NCBI GenBank assembly: GCA_018818285.1
Contig: JAHIRT010000032.1
Location: forward strand, 1-63,152
From: Nanobdellota archaeon
GTDB lineage: Archaea; Nanobdellota; Nanobdellia; Pacearchaeales; GW2011-AR1
Reading direction: 5' to 3'
DNA: 63,152 bases
Positions 8,240 to 17,607 of this stretch are shown here, piece after piece. A model generated the notes under the pieces. It did not search any database, was not told where the DNA came from, and saw only the letters and a program-made list of their open reading frames with translations. The position numbers and the translations under genes were made by a program. Within the stretch, counting starts at the first letter, position 1. Each line of letters opens with the position of its first letter.

Positions 8240-8379
8240 TAATGAAAATAATACTTTTGGTTTTAGCAAGTTTTAATTTATTAGCTATAGCAATAGCGAT
8301 TGTTAAAAGAAAATCATCATTAGCTCTTATGTTATCTATAATTGAAATATTAATTGTCGGAGGATTAATATTAATATGA
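8236..8379 (+). CDS. small membrane protein (47 aa)
   Basis: The start is set at the ATG that overlaps the preceding stop. The sequence MIMKIILLVLASFNLLAIAIAIV is hydrophobic. Confidence 0.4.
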   Translation: MIMKIILLVLASFNLLAIAIAIVKRKSSLALMLSIIEILIVGGLILI

Positions 8380-8409
8380 AAAAATCTATAAAAGTTTTTT
8401 GCCTTTTAA

Positions 8410-8432
8410 CTCAGAAATCAAAGATTTCTGAG
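8410..8432. terminator. Perfect 10-bp hairpin CTCAGAAATC-aaa-GATTTCTGAG
   Basis: Read directly from the sequence, downstream of the small membrane-protein pair. Confidence 0.35.
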
Positions 8433-8475
8433 ACATTCAAAATTTACATTTTGAAGTAAACAGGAAATTTTTAAA

Positions 8476-9033
8476 ATGAAAACAAAAAAAGCTGCTTTGG
8501 AATTAAGTATTGGAACAATTGTTATAATAGTCTTGGCTATGACTATGCTTATTTTAGGAATTGTTTTTGTAAGAAATATAATGTGCTCTGGAATAATAAT
8601 CAGTGATAAAATAACAAGTGGTGTTGAGAGTGAAATTATAGGATTATTTGGCTCAAAAGATTATGGGTTGAAATGTATGGGTGAGGGTGGACAAGAAATA
8701 AAATTAGGAGATGGTGGAAGAAGGCAAGTTGTGTGTATAACCAATTCTGATTCAGAAACACAATACAGCTTAAAGCTTAAAAACATAGAAAGTCTTAGTG
8801 GAGTTTCTACACCAAATGTTGAGAAATGGGTTGTTGACAGTGGGTGGAAAGGAATTGTTTCTCCAGGGCAAAAAACAATTACAGTTGTTGTTTTAGATGT
8901 TCCAAAAAAAGTTTCTGATACAAGCTTAAAAATAGAAATAGAAGAAGAAAATTTAAATACTAATGCTAAACAAACACATGTTCTATATATTGATGTGACT
9001 CATGTTGGAATTTTATCAAATGCTGTTTGTTAA
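8476..9033 (+). CDS. type IV pilin-like (class III signal peptide) surface protein
   Basis: The N-terminus MKTKKA/ALELSIGTIVIIVLAMTMLILGIVF has a basic stretch, a small residue, an early Glu and then a long hydrophobic helix. This is the archaeal prepilin pattern. Confidence 0.55.
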   Translation: MKTKKAALELSIGTIVIIVLAMTMLILGIVFVRNIMCSGIIISDKITSGVESEIIGLFGSKDYGLKCMGEGGQEIKLGDGGRRQVVCITNSDSETQYSLKLKNIESLSGVSTPNVEKWVVDSGWKGIVSPGQKTITVVVLDVPKKVSDTSLKIEIEEENLNTNAKQTHVLYIDVTHVGILSNAVC

Positions 9034-9091
9034 GTTTTTTAAATAACGATTTCTTAGTTTAAGATGAAGAACTAAAGGGGGCAGGAAAAAA

Positions 9092-10561
9092 ATGCTAAGA
9101 CTCTACAACACACTAACAAGAAAAAAAGAAATTTTCAAGCCAATTGAAAAAAACAAGATTGGGGTTTATACTTGCGGGCCAACTGTCTACTCCTATCCGC
9201 ATATAGGAAATCTGAGGAGTTATATTTTCAGTGATATTTTGAAAAGGGTTTTATTATACAATGGATATAAAGTAAAACATGTTATGAATGTTACAGATGT
9301 TGGACATTTGATAAGTGATGCAGATATTGGAGAAGATAAAATAGAAAAAGCAGCTGAGAAAGAGGGGAAAAAGGCTGGGGAGATTGCAAATTATTATTTG
9401 AAAATTTTTAAAGATGATTTTAAGAAATTAAATATACTTTCTCCTGATATTTGGTGCAAGGCAACAGAACATATTAAAGAGCAGATTGAATTAATTAAAA
9501 TATTAGAGAAAAAAGGATTTACTTATAAGACTGATGATGGGGTTTATTTTGATACTTCTAAATTAAAAGATTATGGGAAACTCGCCAGATTGAAAATTGA
9601 AGATTTAAAAGCAGGGAAGAGAGTTGATATGAGGGATAAGAAAAATAAGACTGATTTTGCTTTATGGAAATTTTCAGAGGAACCAAGGAAAAGGCAACAA
9701 GAATGGCAAAGTCCTTGGGGGGTTGGTTTTCCTGGATGGCATATTGAATGTTCTGCTATGTCAATGAAATATCTTGGAGAACATATTGATATACATACAG
9801 GAGGAGAAGACCATATTTCTGTTCATCATACAAATGAGATTGCTCAAAGTGAAGCTGCAACAGGAAAAAAATTTGTGAATTACTGGTTGCACGGAGCTTT
9901 TCTAACATTTAAAGGAAAGAAAATAAGCAAGAGCAAAGGCGGGTTGTACACAATTTCAAAATTAGAAGAAAAAGGATTTGAGCCACTTGTATACAGATAT
10001 TTAATCTTAACAGCACATTATAGAAAACAATTAGATTTTAATTTAGATAATTTAGAAAATGCAAAAAATTCTTATCAAAGATTGAAAAATATTATTTCTA
10101 AAATTAAAGATGATAAAGAAAATCAAAGACTTCAAGAATCAAAGATTCTTGACAGCCCCGAAAATTCAAAAAGCAGAGAATTTTCACGGTTTTCTGTCTC
10201 AAAAATTTCTAAAAGACAGGAAGAAATTTCTGATAAAAAATATTTAGAAGAATTTGAAAAAGCAATTAATGATGATTTAGACATGACTTCTGCTCTTGCT
10301 GTTTTGTGGAATTTAATTAGAGATAAAAAAGCTGAAGGAAAAATTAATACAATTAAAAAAATAGATGAGATTTTTGGATTAGATTTGTTGAAGAAAGAGA
10401 AAATAAAAATCCCAGAGAAAATAAAAGGACTAATTGTTAAAAGAGAAAAAGCAAGAAAAGAAAAAGATTGGGGCATGGCTGATGAGATAAGAGAAAAGAT
10501 TAAAAAGCTTGGATATCTTATTAATGATACAAAAGAAGGAGCTAAATTAGAGAGAATATGA
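9092..10561 (+). CDS. cysS: cysteine--tRNA ligase
   Basis: [12 protein letters not shown] start, HIGH motif (PHIGNLRSY), WHIECSAM zinc/cysteine site, KMSKS variant KISKSKG. Confidence 0.93.
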   Translation: MLRLYNTLTRKKEIFKPIEKNKIGVYTCGPTVYSYPHIGNLRSYIFSDILKRVLLYNGYKVKHVMNVTDVGHLISDADIGEDKIEKAAEKEGKKAGEIANYYLKIFKDDFKKLNILSPDIWCKATEHIKEQIELIKILEKKGFTYKTDDGVYFDTSKLKDYGKLARLKIEDLKAGKRVDMRDKKNKTDFALWKFSEEPRKRQQEWQSPWGVGFPGWHIECSAMSMKYLGEHIDIHTGGEDHISVHHTNEIAQSEAATGKKFVNYWLHGAFLTFKGKKISKSKGGLYTISKLEEKGFEPLVYRYLILTAHYRKQLDFNLDNLENAKNSYQRLKNIISKIKDDKENQRLQESKILDSPENSKSREFSRFSVSKISKRQEEISDKKYLEEFEKAINDDLDMTSALAVLWNLIRDKKAEGKINTIKKIDEIFGLDLLKKEKIKIPEKIKGLIVKREKARKEKDWGMADEIREKIKKLGYLINDTKEGAKLERI

Positions 10562-11049
10562 CATTTAAAATAAAAGATATAATACTTGGTTTGATAATTG
10601 CAGTTATATTTGTGATGTTCTTAGCTTATGGAACAAAATTAGTTTATGAGGAGCCAGATTATAGTAATTATTGTGATGAAAAAATAAGGCCCCAACCAAT
10701 AGAAAAAGTGATAACACAAGAGGAATGTGAAAGTGAAGGTGGAACTTGGAATAATGATTGGTGTGATTATTATGCAGAATGCAATAAAGAATATGAAAAA
10801 GTAAATGAGAATTATAGAAGAAATATGTTTTTAATAAGTCTGATTATAGGTGTTATTGTAATTGTAATCTCTGCATTGTTTATTGAAATTGGAAGCATAT
10901 ATGGTGGGTTGATGTTAGGAAGTTTGTTTTTTATTGTATATGGGACAGGTGGTTATTGGCAATATATGAATGATTGGTTAAGGTTTATTATTCTTGGAGT
11001 TGCATTATGTATTTTAATTTATTTAGGATATAGGATTTCTAAGAAGTGA
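10558..11049 (+). CDS. membrane protein with Cys-rich extracytoplasmic loop (163 aa)
   Basis: N-terminal TM helix, a Cys-containing loop (YCDEK...[20 protein letters not shown]) and three C-terminal TM helices. It overlaps cysS by 4 nt. Confidence 0.55.
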   Translation: MTFKIKDIILGLIIAVIFVMFLAYGTKLVYEEPDYSNYCDEKIRPQPIEKVITQEECESEGGTWNNDWCDYYAECNKEYEKVNENYRRNMFLISLIIGVIVIVISALFIEIGSIYGGLMLGSLFFIVYGTGGYWQYMNDWLRFIILGVALCILIYLGYRISKK

Positions 11050-11116
11050 TGTATGTGGTTACTTATGTTTTCTAAATAGATACGACCGTAGTAAAGTTTT
11101 AATAGATAGTTTTTCT

Positions 11117-11452
11117 TTGTTTTTTATGGTAAGAAAAATATTTGTTTATGTTTTTATTTTGTCTTTGATTTTAGGGATTGTTGGGGTTATAAAAATCACA
11201 GGAAATCTTTCTGGAAAAGCTATAATTGAAAATCAGGAAAAATATGGAAATGCTGAAATTATAAAGCATGATAATAAAGAGGGTTGTTGGATTTCTGCAG
11301 GAAATGAAGTTTATGATATAACTCTTTTTCTGCAGGTTTATCCTGATAAAACACTTGTTGAAAAATGCGGGAAAAATTTAGAAAGCTTGGATTATTTTTC
11401 TGAAGATTTTCAAAGGATATTAAAAGAATATAAGATAGGGATAGTTGGGTAG
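11117..11452 (+). CDS. membrane-anchored cytochrome b5-like domain protein lacking canonical His ligands
   Basis: HDNKEGCWISAGNEVYDITLFLQVYPDK aligns by eye to the b5 signature H..xxDCWxxIxGKVYDVTxFLxxHPGG. However, HPGG is replaced by YPDK and no second GHS motif is present. Confidence 0.5.
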   Translation: MFFMVRKIFVYVFILSLILGIVGVIKITGNLSGKAIIENQEKYGNAEIIKHDNKEGCWISAGNEVYDITLFLQVYPDKTLVEKCGKNLESLDYFSEDFQRILKEYKIGIVG

Positions 11453-11511
11453 AGATTATTATCTTGATTAGTAATAAAAACATTTTAATACAACATTTCT
11501 TTTATTTCTTA

Positions 11512-12456
11512 ATGGAAAAAAGAGGTTTTGAGTTTAGTTTTGCATGGTTGTTTGCACTTTTAGTTGGCTCTGTGATAATTTTTCTTGCAATTTTTGCAAC
11601 AATGAATCTCATAAAAATAAACAGAAAAGCCACAGATACATTTTCTGCAAAACAACTGACTATTGTTTTTGAACCAATGGAAGTTGGATTGGCAGAAGGT
11701 AAAAGCTCTTATGCTGACCTTGATTCTGAAACAAGAATTTATAATATTTGTTATGACGATGGAGGTTTTGGAGATCAGGAGATTTCTATATCAACTAAAT
11801 CAGGGCTTGGAAAAGAATGGGAAAACCCAGGCGTTCCTATTTCAATAAAAAACAAGTATATTTTCTCTTCAAAAATTGAGCAAGGAAAAAGAGTTTATTT
11901 TTTCTCAAAACCATTTAAAATGCCTTTTAAAGTTTCTGAAATGATATTTCTCACAACAAACAAATATTGTTTTATTAATGCCCCTGAAATTGTAAGAGAA
12001 GATATTAGTGGATTAAATTTAAAAAATATTAAACTTGAAAATTGTTCTGAATCTGATATAAATGTTTGTTTTGGAGGACAGGGAAAAGATTGCAAAATTT
12101 TAGTTAGTGGAACATGCTTGTCTGATTGTGAATCTAATTTTGATTATGGATATGTTACAAAGGATAATGAAGAAATTTTTTATACTGGAAATTTAATATA
12201 TTCTGCTATTTTTTCTGATAACGAAGTTTATGAGTGCAATGTAAAACGGCTTGTTAAAAGATTAATTCAGCAGTCATTATTATATTTAGATGAAGCAAAT
12301 TATTTGTCTGCAAAATGCGGGACAGGTTCTTCTGGTTTGTCTCAGATTGTAAAAACAGGAGCTTCATTTAAAGATTCTAAGGATTTGATTTTAATTAAAA
12401 ATATTGCAAAAGAAATTGAATATCAAAATGATTTGGCGCAATGTGGATTATGGTAG
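11512..12456 (+). CDS. type IV pilin-like (class III signal peptide) Cys-rich surface protein
   Basis: The start is set at MEKRG/FEFSFAWLFALLVGSVIIFLAIFA (KRG-FE motif plus a hydrophobic helix). The mature part has many Cys residues. Confidence 0.6.
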   Translation: MEKRGFEFSFAWLFALLVGSVIIFLAIFATMNLIKINRKATDTFSAKQLTIVFEPMEVGLAEGKSSYADLDSETRIYNICYDDGGFGDQEISISTKSGLGKEWENPGVPISIKNKYIFSSKIEQGKRVYFFSKPFKMPFKVSEMIFLTTNKYCFINAPEIVREDISGLNLKNIKLENCSESDINVCFGGQGKDCKILVSGTCLSDCESNFDYGYVTKDNEEIFYTGNLIYSAIFSDNEVYECNVKRLVKRLIQQSLLYLDEANYLSAKCGTGSSGLSQIVKTGASFKDSKDLILIKNIAKEIEYQNDLAQCGLW

Positions 12457-12464
12457 GACAAAAA

Positions 12465-12989
12465 ATGAAAAATTTTCAAATTTTAAATTGCTTAAATAAA
12501 AGAAAAGCGCAGTTTAAAATCCAGCAAATGGCATTTATGATACTTGCAGTGATATTGCTGTTTGTAATAGCTCTTTTGTTTTATCTTTCAATACAACAAA
12601 AAAATTTAATTAATCAATCATTAAATCTAAGAGAAAATCAGGCAGTTATAATGTCAAGATTTATATCAGATTCTTCGGAATTTTCCTGCGGTAGTTATTG
12701 TGTAGATACTGACAGAATGATTTTTTTACAAAATCGCTCTGTTTATAATAAATTCTGGCCAGTTTCTTATATTAGAATAAGAAAGATTTATCCAGAATAT
12801 AATAATGAAGAGTGCGGTATAGCAAATTATCCTAATTGTAGTTTTTTCAATATTTATGAAAATAGTAATATAGAAAGCAATGTTTTTGTAGGAAGTTTTG
12901 TTGCTTTATGCAGATATGAAAAAATCCAAGACTCTCCAGAAAGAATATGTGAAATAGGAAAAATAACAGTGGGGTATAATACAAATTGA
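12465..12989 (+). CDS. type IV pilin-like (class III signal peptide) protein
   Basis: MKNFQILNCLNKRKAQ/FKIQQMAFMILAVILLFVIALLFYL. The start was chosen just after the upstream stop. Confidence 0.55.
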   Translation: MKNFQILNCLNKRKAQFKIQQMAFMILAVILLFVIALLFYLSIQQKNLINQSLNLRENQAVIMSRFISDSSEFSCGSYCVDTDRMIFLQNRSVYNKFWPVSYIRIRKIYPEYNNEECGIANYPNCSFFNIYENSNIESNVFVGSFVALCRYEKIQDSPERICEIGKITVGYNTN

Positions 12990-13120
12990 AAAACAGGAAA
13001 TTTTTCAACAATCAAAAATGTACCACCCAACTCGAGCCTCGACTTCAAATAATAAAGTCAAAATACTTAAGTCAAAACTCTCACCCAAAGAGGTTGCCTT
13101 ATAAGAGCATTTTTAATAAA

Positions 13121-13603
13121 ATGATTTCAAAAAAGAAAACTCAGGAGGAAATGATAGGTTTTGTTTTAATAGTTGTTTTAGTTGTAGTTATAGGGCTGAT
13201 TTTTTTAGTTGTTTCACTAAGGCAATCTCCGGTAATTGAAAATAACAAAGAAATTGAGAATTTTTTAGAGTCTGCTCTTCTTTTTACTAGCGAATGCCAA
13301 TTAAATCAAATTCAAAAATATGAGTTTAAGGATTTGATAAGTGCATGCTATATGAATAAATACTGCATTAATGGAGAAAATGCATGTGATGTTTTAAATA
13401 AAACAAGCCATAATTTAATTGAAACAAGCTGGAAAACCGGAAAAGATATGAAGTACAAATCTTATATTTTCAGGATACATAAAGATAATGAGAACTTAAT
13501 TTACTTGTCAAAAGGAAACAGCACAAAAATAACAAGCAGTGCTGAAGTTTTTATTCCTGTTTCTGGGGAAATCTTTTATATTGAGATGAAGATTTCTTAT
13601 TAA
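13121..13603 (+). CDS. type IV pilin-like (class III signal peptide) protein
   Basis: The internal start gives MISKKKTQ/EEMIGFVLIVVLVVVIGLIFLVV. The N-terminal 45 aa of the tracked ORF look non-coding. Confidence 0.5.
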   Translation: MISKKKTQEEMIGFVLIVVLVVVIGLIFLVVSLRQSPVIENNKEIENFLESALLFTSECQLNQIQKYEFKDLISACYMNKYCINGENACDVLNKTSHNLIETSWKTGKDMKYKSYIFRIHKDNENLIYLSKGNSTKITSSAEVFIPVSGEIFYIEMKISY

Positions 13604-13638
13604 AAGTATTTATTTAGCTAAAAAAAGCAACAAGCAAA

Positions 13639-13998
13639 TTAAAAGCTTATATTTATCTGCAAGTTATCAATATCTATAACTGGGTGAAGTTTTTTTCTTT
13701 TTCCTTTTATTTCAGATTTCAGCTCAATAAATCCAAATTTTTCTAAAAGAGCTATATCATGTCTTACTGATTTAAAATCTCTTCCCAATATTTTTGATAG
13801 CTTGTAAATAGACTCTGGATTTTTATTTTTTATTATATTTAATATCTTAGCTTTTTCATTGCTTAATAACTGCCTTAAGTCTGTTAATCCTGAGAAATCA
13901 TAGTTTGACCTGTCACCTCTTAAACGTTTGAATATAGATGTAAATGAGTCTGGAGTGATAAACATATTTACTACCCTTGTTTTTTGTTTAGTTGCCAT
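13639..13998 (-). CDS. winged-helix (ArsR/MarR-like) transcriptional regulator
   Basis: The segment NEKAKILNIIKNKNPESIYKLSKILGRDFKSVRHDIALLEKFGFIEL is a typical wHTH. The gene is divergent from the S-layer gene. Confidence 0.6.
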   Translation of the reverse strand: MATKQKTRVVNMFITPDSFTSIFKRLRGDRSNYDFSGLTDLRQLLSNEKAKILNIIKNKNPESIYKLSKILGRDFKSVRHDIALLEKFGFIELKSEIKGKRKKLHPVIDIDNLQINISF

Positions 13999-14341
13999 TT
14001 AAAATATATTTTTTTGTTTACTATATATTTTTAAACATATATCTTTATTATATATTTTGGACATATATGTTTAAAATTGTTATATATGTTATAATAAAAC
14101 CCCCATATTTATAAATCTTTTGTTTATTAAAAAATGAGGTTTGTTTATACAAAGAGTAGTGGCGAAAGATTTATAAATAAACTTCTAAAAATAGGGTATT
14201 TCCCCAATATTTTGAGTTTTCCATCGAAACCTTTTTAAATACTTATTAGATATTAATAATGCGTTTCAAAAGAAACGGGTTATCTTTTGAATAATAGAAT
14301 TCAAAAGAAACTATATTTATACATTGAAAGGAGGTTTAAAA
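13999..14341. promoter_or_regulatory. Long divergent control region and leader of the S-layer gene
   Basis: Contains a 13-bp inverted repeat TTTAAACATATAT/ATATATGTTTAAA (about 14031-14076). ATTTATAAATC (about 14107) and GATTTATAAAT (about 14169) are TATA-like boxes in inverted orientation. TTCAAAAGAAAC is a direct repeat at about 14264 and 14300. A strong SD GGAGGT lies 7 nt before the ATG at 14342. Confidence 0.5.
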
Positions 14342-16840
14342 ATGAAATTTAACTTTAGAAAGATTGCGTCAGTGATTGCAAGTGCTGTAATGATTGGAAG
14401 CACAGCTGGAACTGCTTTAGCAGCTAATTATCCATCACCTATGGTTGTTGGAGGAACTGCAGATGCTGCTATTGTTGTAACTGCTGGTAGTCATGCTGGT
14501 GCTGTAAGTGACTGGGATGCTGCTGTTTCATTACAATCAGCATTACAAGGAAAAGTTACTACAGCAACATCAGGAACAACTACAACTGCAACAGGAGGGG
14601 ATTCTATTAAGATTGAAAGATCAACAAATAAACTCAACTTAAATGACGCCTTAACTGATGTGCAGACAACAAAAATAAGTGACTCAGATTTGCCAAATCT
14701 TTTAGCTGACAAAACATTTAGAAGCAAAGATAATATTGATTACAAATATGAACAAGAGATAGAGATTCTAAAGGACACAGCTATTAATTTCACACACTTT
14801 GATGACAATGATTACAAGAAGGATACTCCAACATTAGGTATTAAAATTGGTTCAAGTGTATTGGTTATGAACTATACCCTTGATTTTACAAAAGATGTAA
14901 GGAGTGATGTTGATTCAAGTGGAAGATTAGAAGATATGGAAGATAGAGATATAACAATATTAGGTAAGACATACAAATTACTTAATGCTTATAACAAATC
15001 TTCTGATACAAAGTTTGAATTAATGAAAGGTGCTTCTTCAAGTACTATCAACATAAATGAAGAGAAAACAATGGCAATTGATGACAAAAGCTATACAATT
15101 ACATTAACATATGTGGATTCTACATATTCACAATTTGATGTTATTGATAGTGGGGGAACAAGTCAAACAACAACAAAACTTGCTAAAGGTGGAACATATA
15201 AGTTATCTGATGGAACACAATTAGGAGTTACTGATATCTCTTATCAAGCATTAGCTGGCGGAGTTATGAGTGCAGAATTCACAATTGGGGCTGACAAATT
15301 AACCTTAGAAAACAACCAAGTTCTTGAAGTTAATGATGTGGATGTCGACGAAATTAAAGTCTTTATTGCAAGAAGCGAAGCAGACTCTAATAAAGTAGAC
15401 ATACAGAAAATTGTTCTTCAATGGATATCAGATGATGAAATTTTTATTAGTGATGAAATGGAAGCTGTTTTCCCTGCATTTGAATCTGTAAAGATTACAG
15501 CAGGAGAAGTTACTAAACCATGTGAAGAAGTAATAGAAATAAAGAGTCAAGGAACTTATGGTATTGAGTTAACTGTTCCAATTAAAGATGGAGATGCTAA
15601 TATCAACATATTATATGGAAATGGAACTGATTACTTATATGTTGCAGGTGATAATGATGGAACAAGCACTTTAAGAACCGGTAATGATACAGGTGGAGAT
15701 TTTATAAGATATGACAGAGATACAGATGATTATTTTATTGCTTCATGGAACTCATCAACAGAAGCTGAATCTTACTTATTGCGTGTAAGTTCAACAAGTG
15801 ATAGTGATGGAACAAACTATACAACAATTGAAAACAAGCTTACAGGTTCAAAATACGAAAACAAGAAAGATGGAGACATAGTAACAATTGGAAATGTAGA
15901 ATTAACTATACTTCATGTTTCTCATGGGCTTGATGCTAATAGTGTTGATAAGTTTGTTGATATAGCGGCTGGGAGTGGTGTAACATTTAATAGAATCTAC
16001 ACAGCAGGGGGTTTAGGTATTTGGTTACCTATAAACTCTACTAGTGGAGATGATTGCGACCCACTTCAATATGGAGCAAGCTCTAATAATTGGGGAGTTC
16101 TTATCAATGGTTCTGATGCTGGTTCTCTTGTAGCTCAAACTACAAACAGAACTAGTAGCTGGATGTTGATGATGTCAGAAGAGGACAAGGACGGAAATAT
16201 TGGTTCAGGTTCTCTTATTAATGTAACTCTTGGTTGGAGTAGTAGTGAAGCACAAGTAACTGAAGTTACTCCGGACACAGCAGGAAATGGAGGATTCTTT
16301 TATTCAGATGGTGCTTACAGAGAAATTGGAACAACTAATGAATATGAAGGATATGTTGCTTCTGATTTAGGAACAAAGGTTCTTTTCAGAAAACCTACAA
16401 GTGGAGCAAAGAGTGCTGAAATAACATATCACTGTTCACAAATGTATGCAAATATTTTTGTCACAGCTCCAGAAGCAAGTATTGAAGCAGGAACATCATC
16501 AAGTGGAGGAGGAACTGTAGTTGTTGTAAAAGACAATGAAGTCAGTTCTATGAGTGGTAATAATTTGGTTGTTGTTGGAGGTAGTTGCATTAATGCTGCT
16601 GCAGCAAAAATACTTGGAAGTGATACTCCACTTTGTGGAGAAGACTTCACAGCTAAAACAAATGTTGATGCTGGAAAGTATTTAATTAAAGCTGTTGCAT
16701 CTCCTTACAATAGTGCAAAAGTTGCTGTTTTAGTTGCAGGTTATGAAGCTGCAGAAACAAAGCTTGCTGTTGCAAAATTGAAAGAGAGCCATGCTACTGA
16801 CATAGGAACTGAAGCTGTATATCCACAAACTGCGGCTTAA
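14342..16840 (+). CDS. S-layer protein (Methanococcales-type N- and C-terminal modules)
   Basis: Signal peptide MKFNFRKIASVIASAVMIGSTAGTALA. The N-terminal module is YPSPMVVGGTADAAIVVTAGSHAGAVSDWDAAVSLQSAL and the C-terminal module is NLVVVGGSCINAAAAKILG...AVLVAGYEAAETKLA. Composition is Thr/Ser/Gly/Asp-rich and visibly more GC-rich than the neighbours. The start is moved from the TTG at 14324 to the SD-preceded ATG. Confidence 0.72.
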   Translation: MKFNFRKIASVIASAVMIGSTAGTALAANYPSPMVVGGTADAAIVVTAGSHAGAVSDWDAAVSLQSALQGKVTTATSGTTTTATGGDSIKIERSTNKLNLNDALTDVQTTKISDSDLPNLLADKTFRSKDNIDYKYEQEIEILKDTAINFTHFDDNDYKKDTPTLGIKIGSSVLVMNYTLDFTKDVRSDVDSSGRLEDMEDRDITILGKTYKLLNAYNKSSDTKFELMKGASSSTININEEKTMAIDDKSYTITLTYVDSTYSQFDVIDSGGTSQTTTKLAKGGTYKLSDGTQLGVTDISYQALAGGVMSAEFTIGADKLTLENNQVLEVNDVDVDEIKVFIARSEADSNKVDIQKIVLQWISDDEIFISDEMEAVFPAFESVKITAGEVTKPCEEVIEIKSQGTYGIELTVPIKDGDANINILYGNGTDYLYVAGDNDGTSTLRTGNDTGGDFIRYDRDTDDYFIASWNSSTEAESYLLRVSSTSDSDGTNYTTIENKLTGSKYENKKDGDIVTIGNVELTILHVSHGLDANSVDKFVDIAAGSGVTFNRIYTAGGLGIWLPINSTSGDDCDPLQYGASSNNWGVLINGSDAGSLVAQTTNRTSSWMLMMSEEDKDGNIGSGSLINVTLGWSSSEAQVTEVTPDTAGNGGFFYSDGAYREIGTTNEYEGYVASDLGTKVLFRKPTSGAKSAEITYHCSQMYANIFVTAPEASIEAGTSSSGGGTVVVVKDNEVSSMSGNNLVVVGGSCINAAAAKILGSDTPLCGEDFTAKTNVDAGKYLIKAVASPYNSAKVAVLVAGYEAAETKLAVAKLKESHATDIGTEAVYPQTAA

Positions 16841-16880
16841 ATATAAAAATTTTTTTTATTTTTTTCTTTTTCTTTTTTTT
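16841..16880 (+). terminator. oligo-T tract terminator after the S-layer gene
   Basis: aaaaattttttttatttttttctttttctttttttt lies immediately after the stop. Archaeal termination uses T-runs. Confidence 0.5.
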
Positions 16881-17079
16881 ATTGAAGTAGAAAGAATTAT
16901 AGGAGATTGTTAAAGGAAAAATTATAGAGTTTGAAGTATGAATAAATAATATCAATAAATCAGATATTTAAAATTAAATTGTGATGTTAAACCATACTGA
17001 AAAAGTTTTTAAATCAAATTCTTTACTTATATCTATGAGAAAAATAAGAAGTAATGAAGATATAAGAAAATCAGAAAAT

Positions 17080-17604
17080 ATGAAAAAAATTATTGTTGGA
17101 GTAGTTTTAGTCGGACTAATGGTTTTGAGTACGGTTGGTTATGCATTTAATCAAACAGGAAGAGATGTAAAAAAAGCTCTTGAATATAATGGCTTTAAGT
17201 TTACTCTTGAAGAAGATGGTTTATGGCATGGCTCTTTAAATGAATATGAATCTGCAACAGTTTATAATCCAGAAGATACTGAAAATATTTCAAGTTATTC
17301 AAAGAGTAGCATAAATAATTATCAAGGGAAAACAGTATATTTTTCACATGACAGTGATGTTCGGGGAATTCAGGAAATTTCAAGGAATATTGGAGGATTA
17401 ATAGAGAGAATTCAATTTGCGTGTTTAGATGATTGTGAAGAAAATCTTCCAATAAAAAATTGCACTGATAATGTAATTATAATAAGAGAATCAAAAGAAA
17501 CATTAATAAATCAAGAAGAGAATTGTATTTATATATTATCAGAAGCTGATGAGACAATAAGGGCATGTGATGCTTTTATATTTAAATTATTTGGAGTAAA
17601 TTAA
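17080..17604 (+). CDS. N-terminally anchored extracytoplasmic Cys-containing protein
   Basis: The start is set at MKKIIVGVVLVGLMVLSTVGYA. The C-terminal motif NCTDNVIIIRES...NCIYILSEADETIRACDAF resembles the next gene. Confidence 0.5.
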   Translation: MKKIIVGVVLVGLMVLSTVGYAFNQTGRDVKKALEYNGFKFTLEEDGLWHGSLNEYESATVYNPEDTENISSYSKSSINNYQGKTVYFSHDSDVRGIQEISRNIGGLIERIQFACLDDCEENLPIKNCTDNVIIIRESKETLINQEENCIYILSEADETIRACDAFIFKLFGVN

Positions 17605-17607
17605 ATT

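Noticed and set aside
12990-13120. Possible small RNA or C/D-box sRNA in the relatively GC-rich gap before the third pilin-like gene
   Set aside because: I found no C/D (RUGAUGA/CUGA) or H/ACA box arrangement and no stable stem. It is kept only as a remark within the pilin finding.
14324-14341. TTG start for the S-layer protein as given in the ORF track
   Set aside because: The ATG at 14342 is preceded by GGAGGT at ideal spacing and yields a canonical signal peptide. The TTG would place the SD inside the coding sequence.
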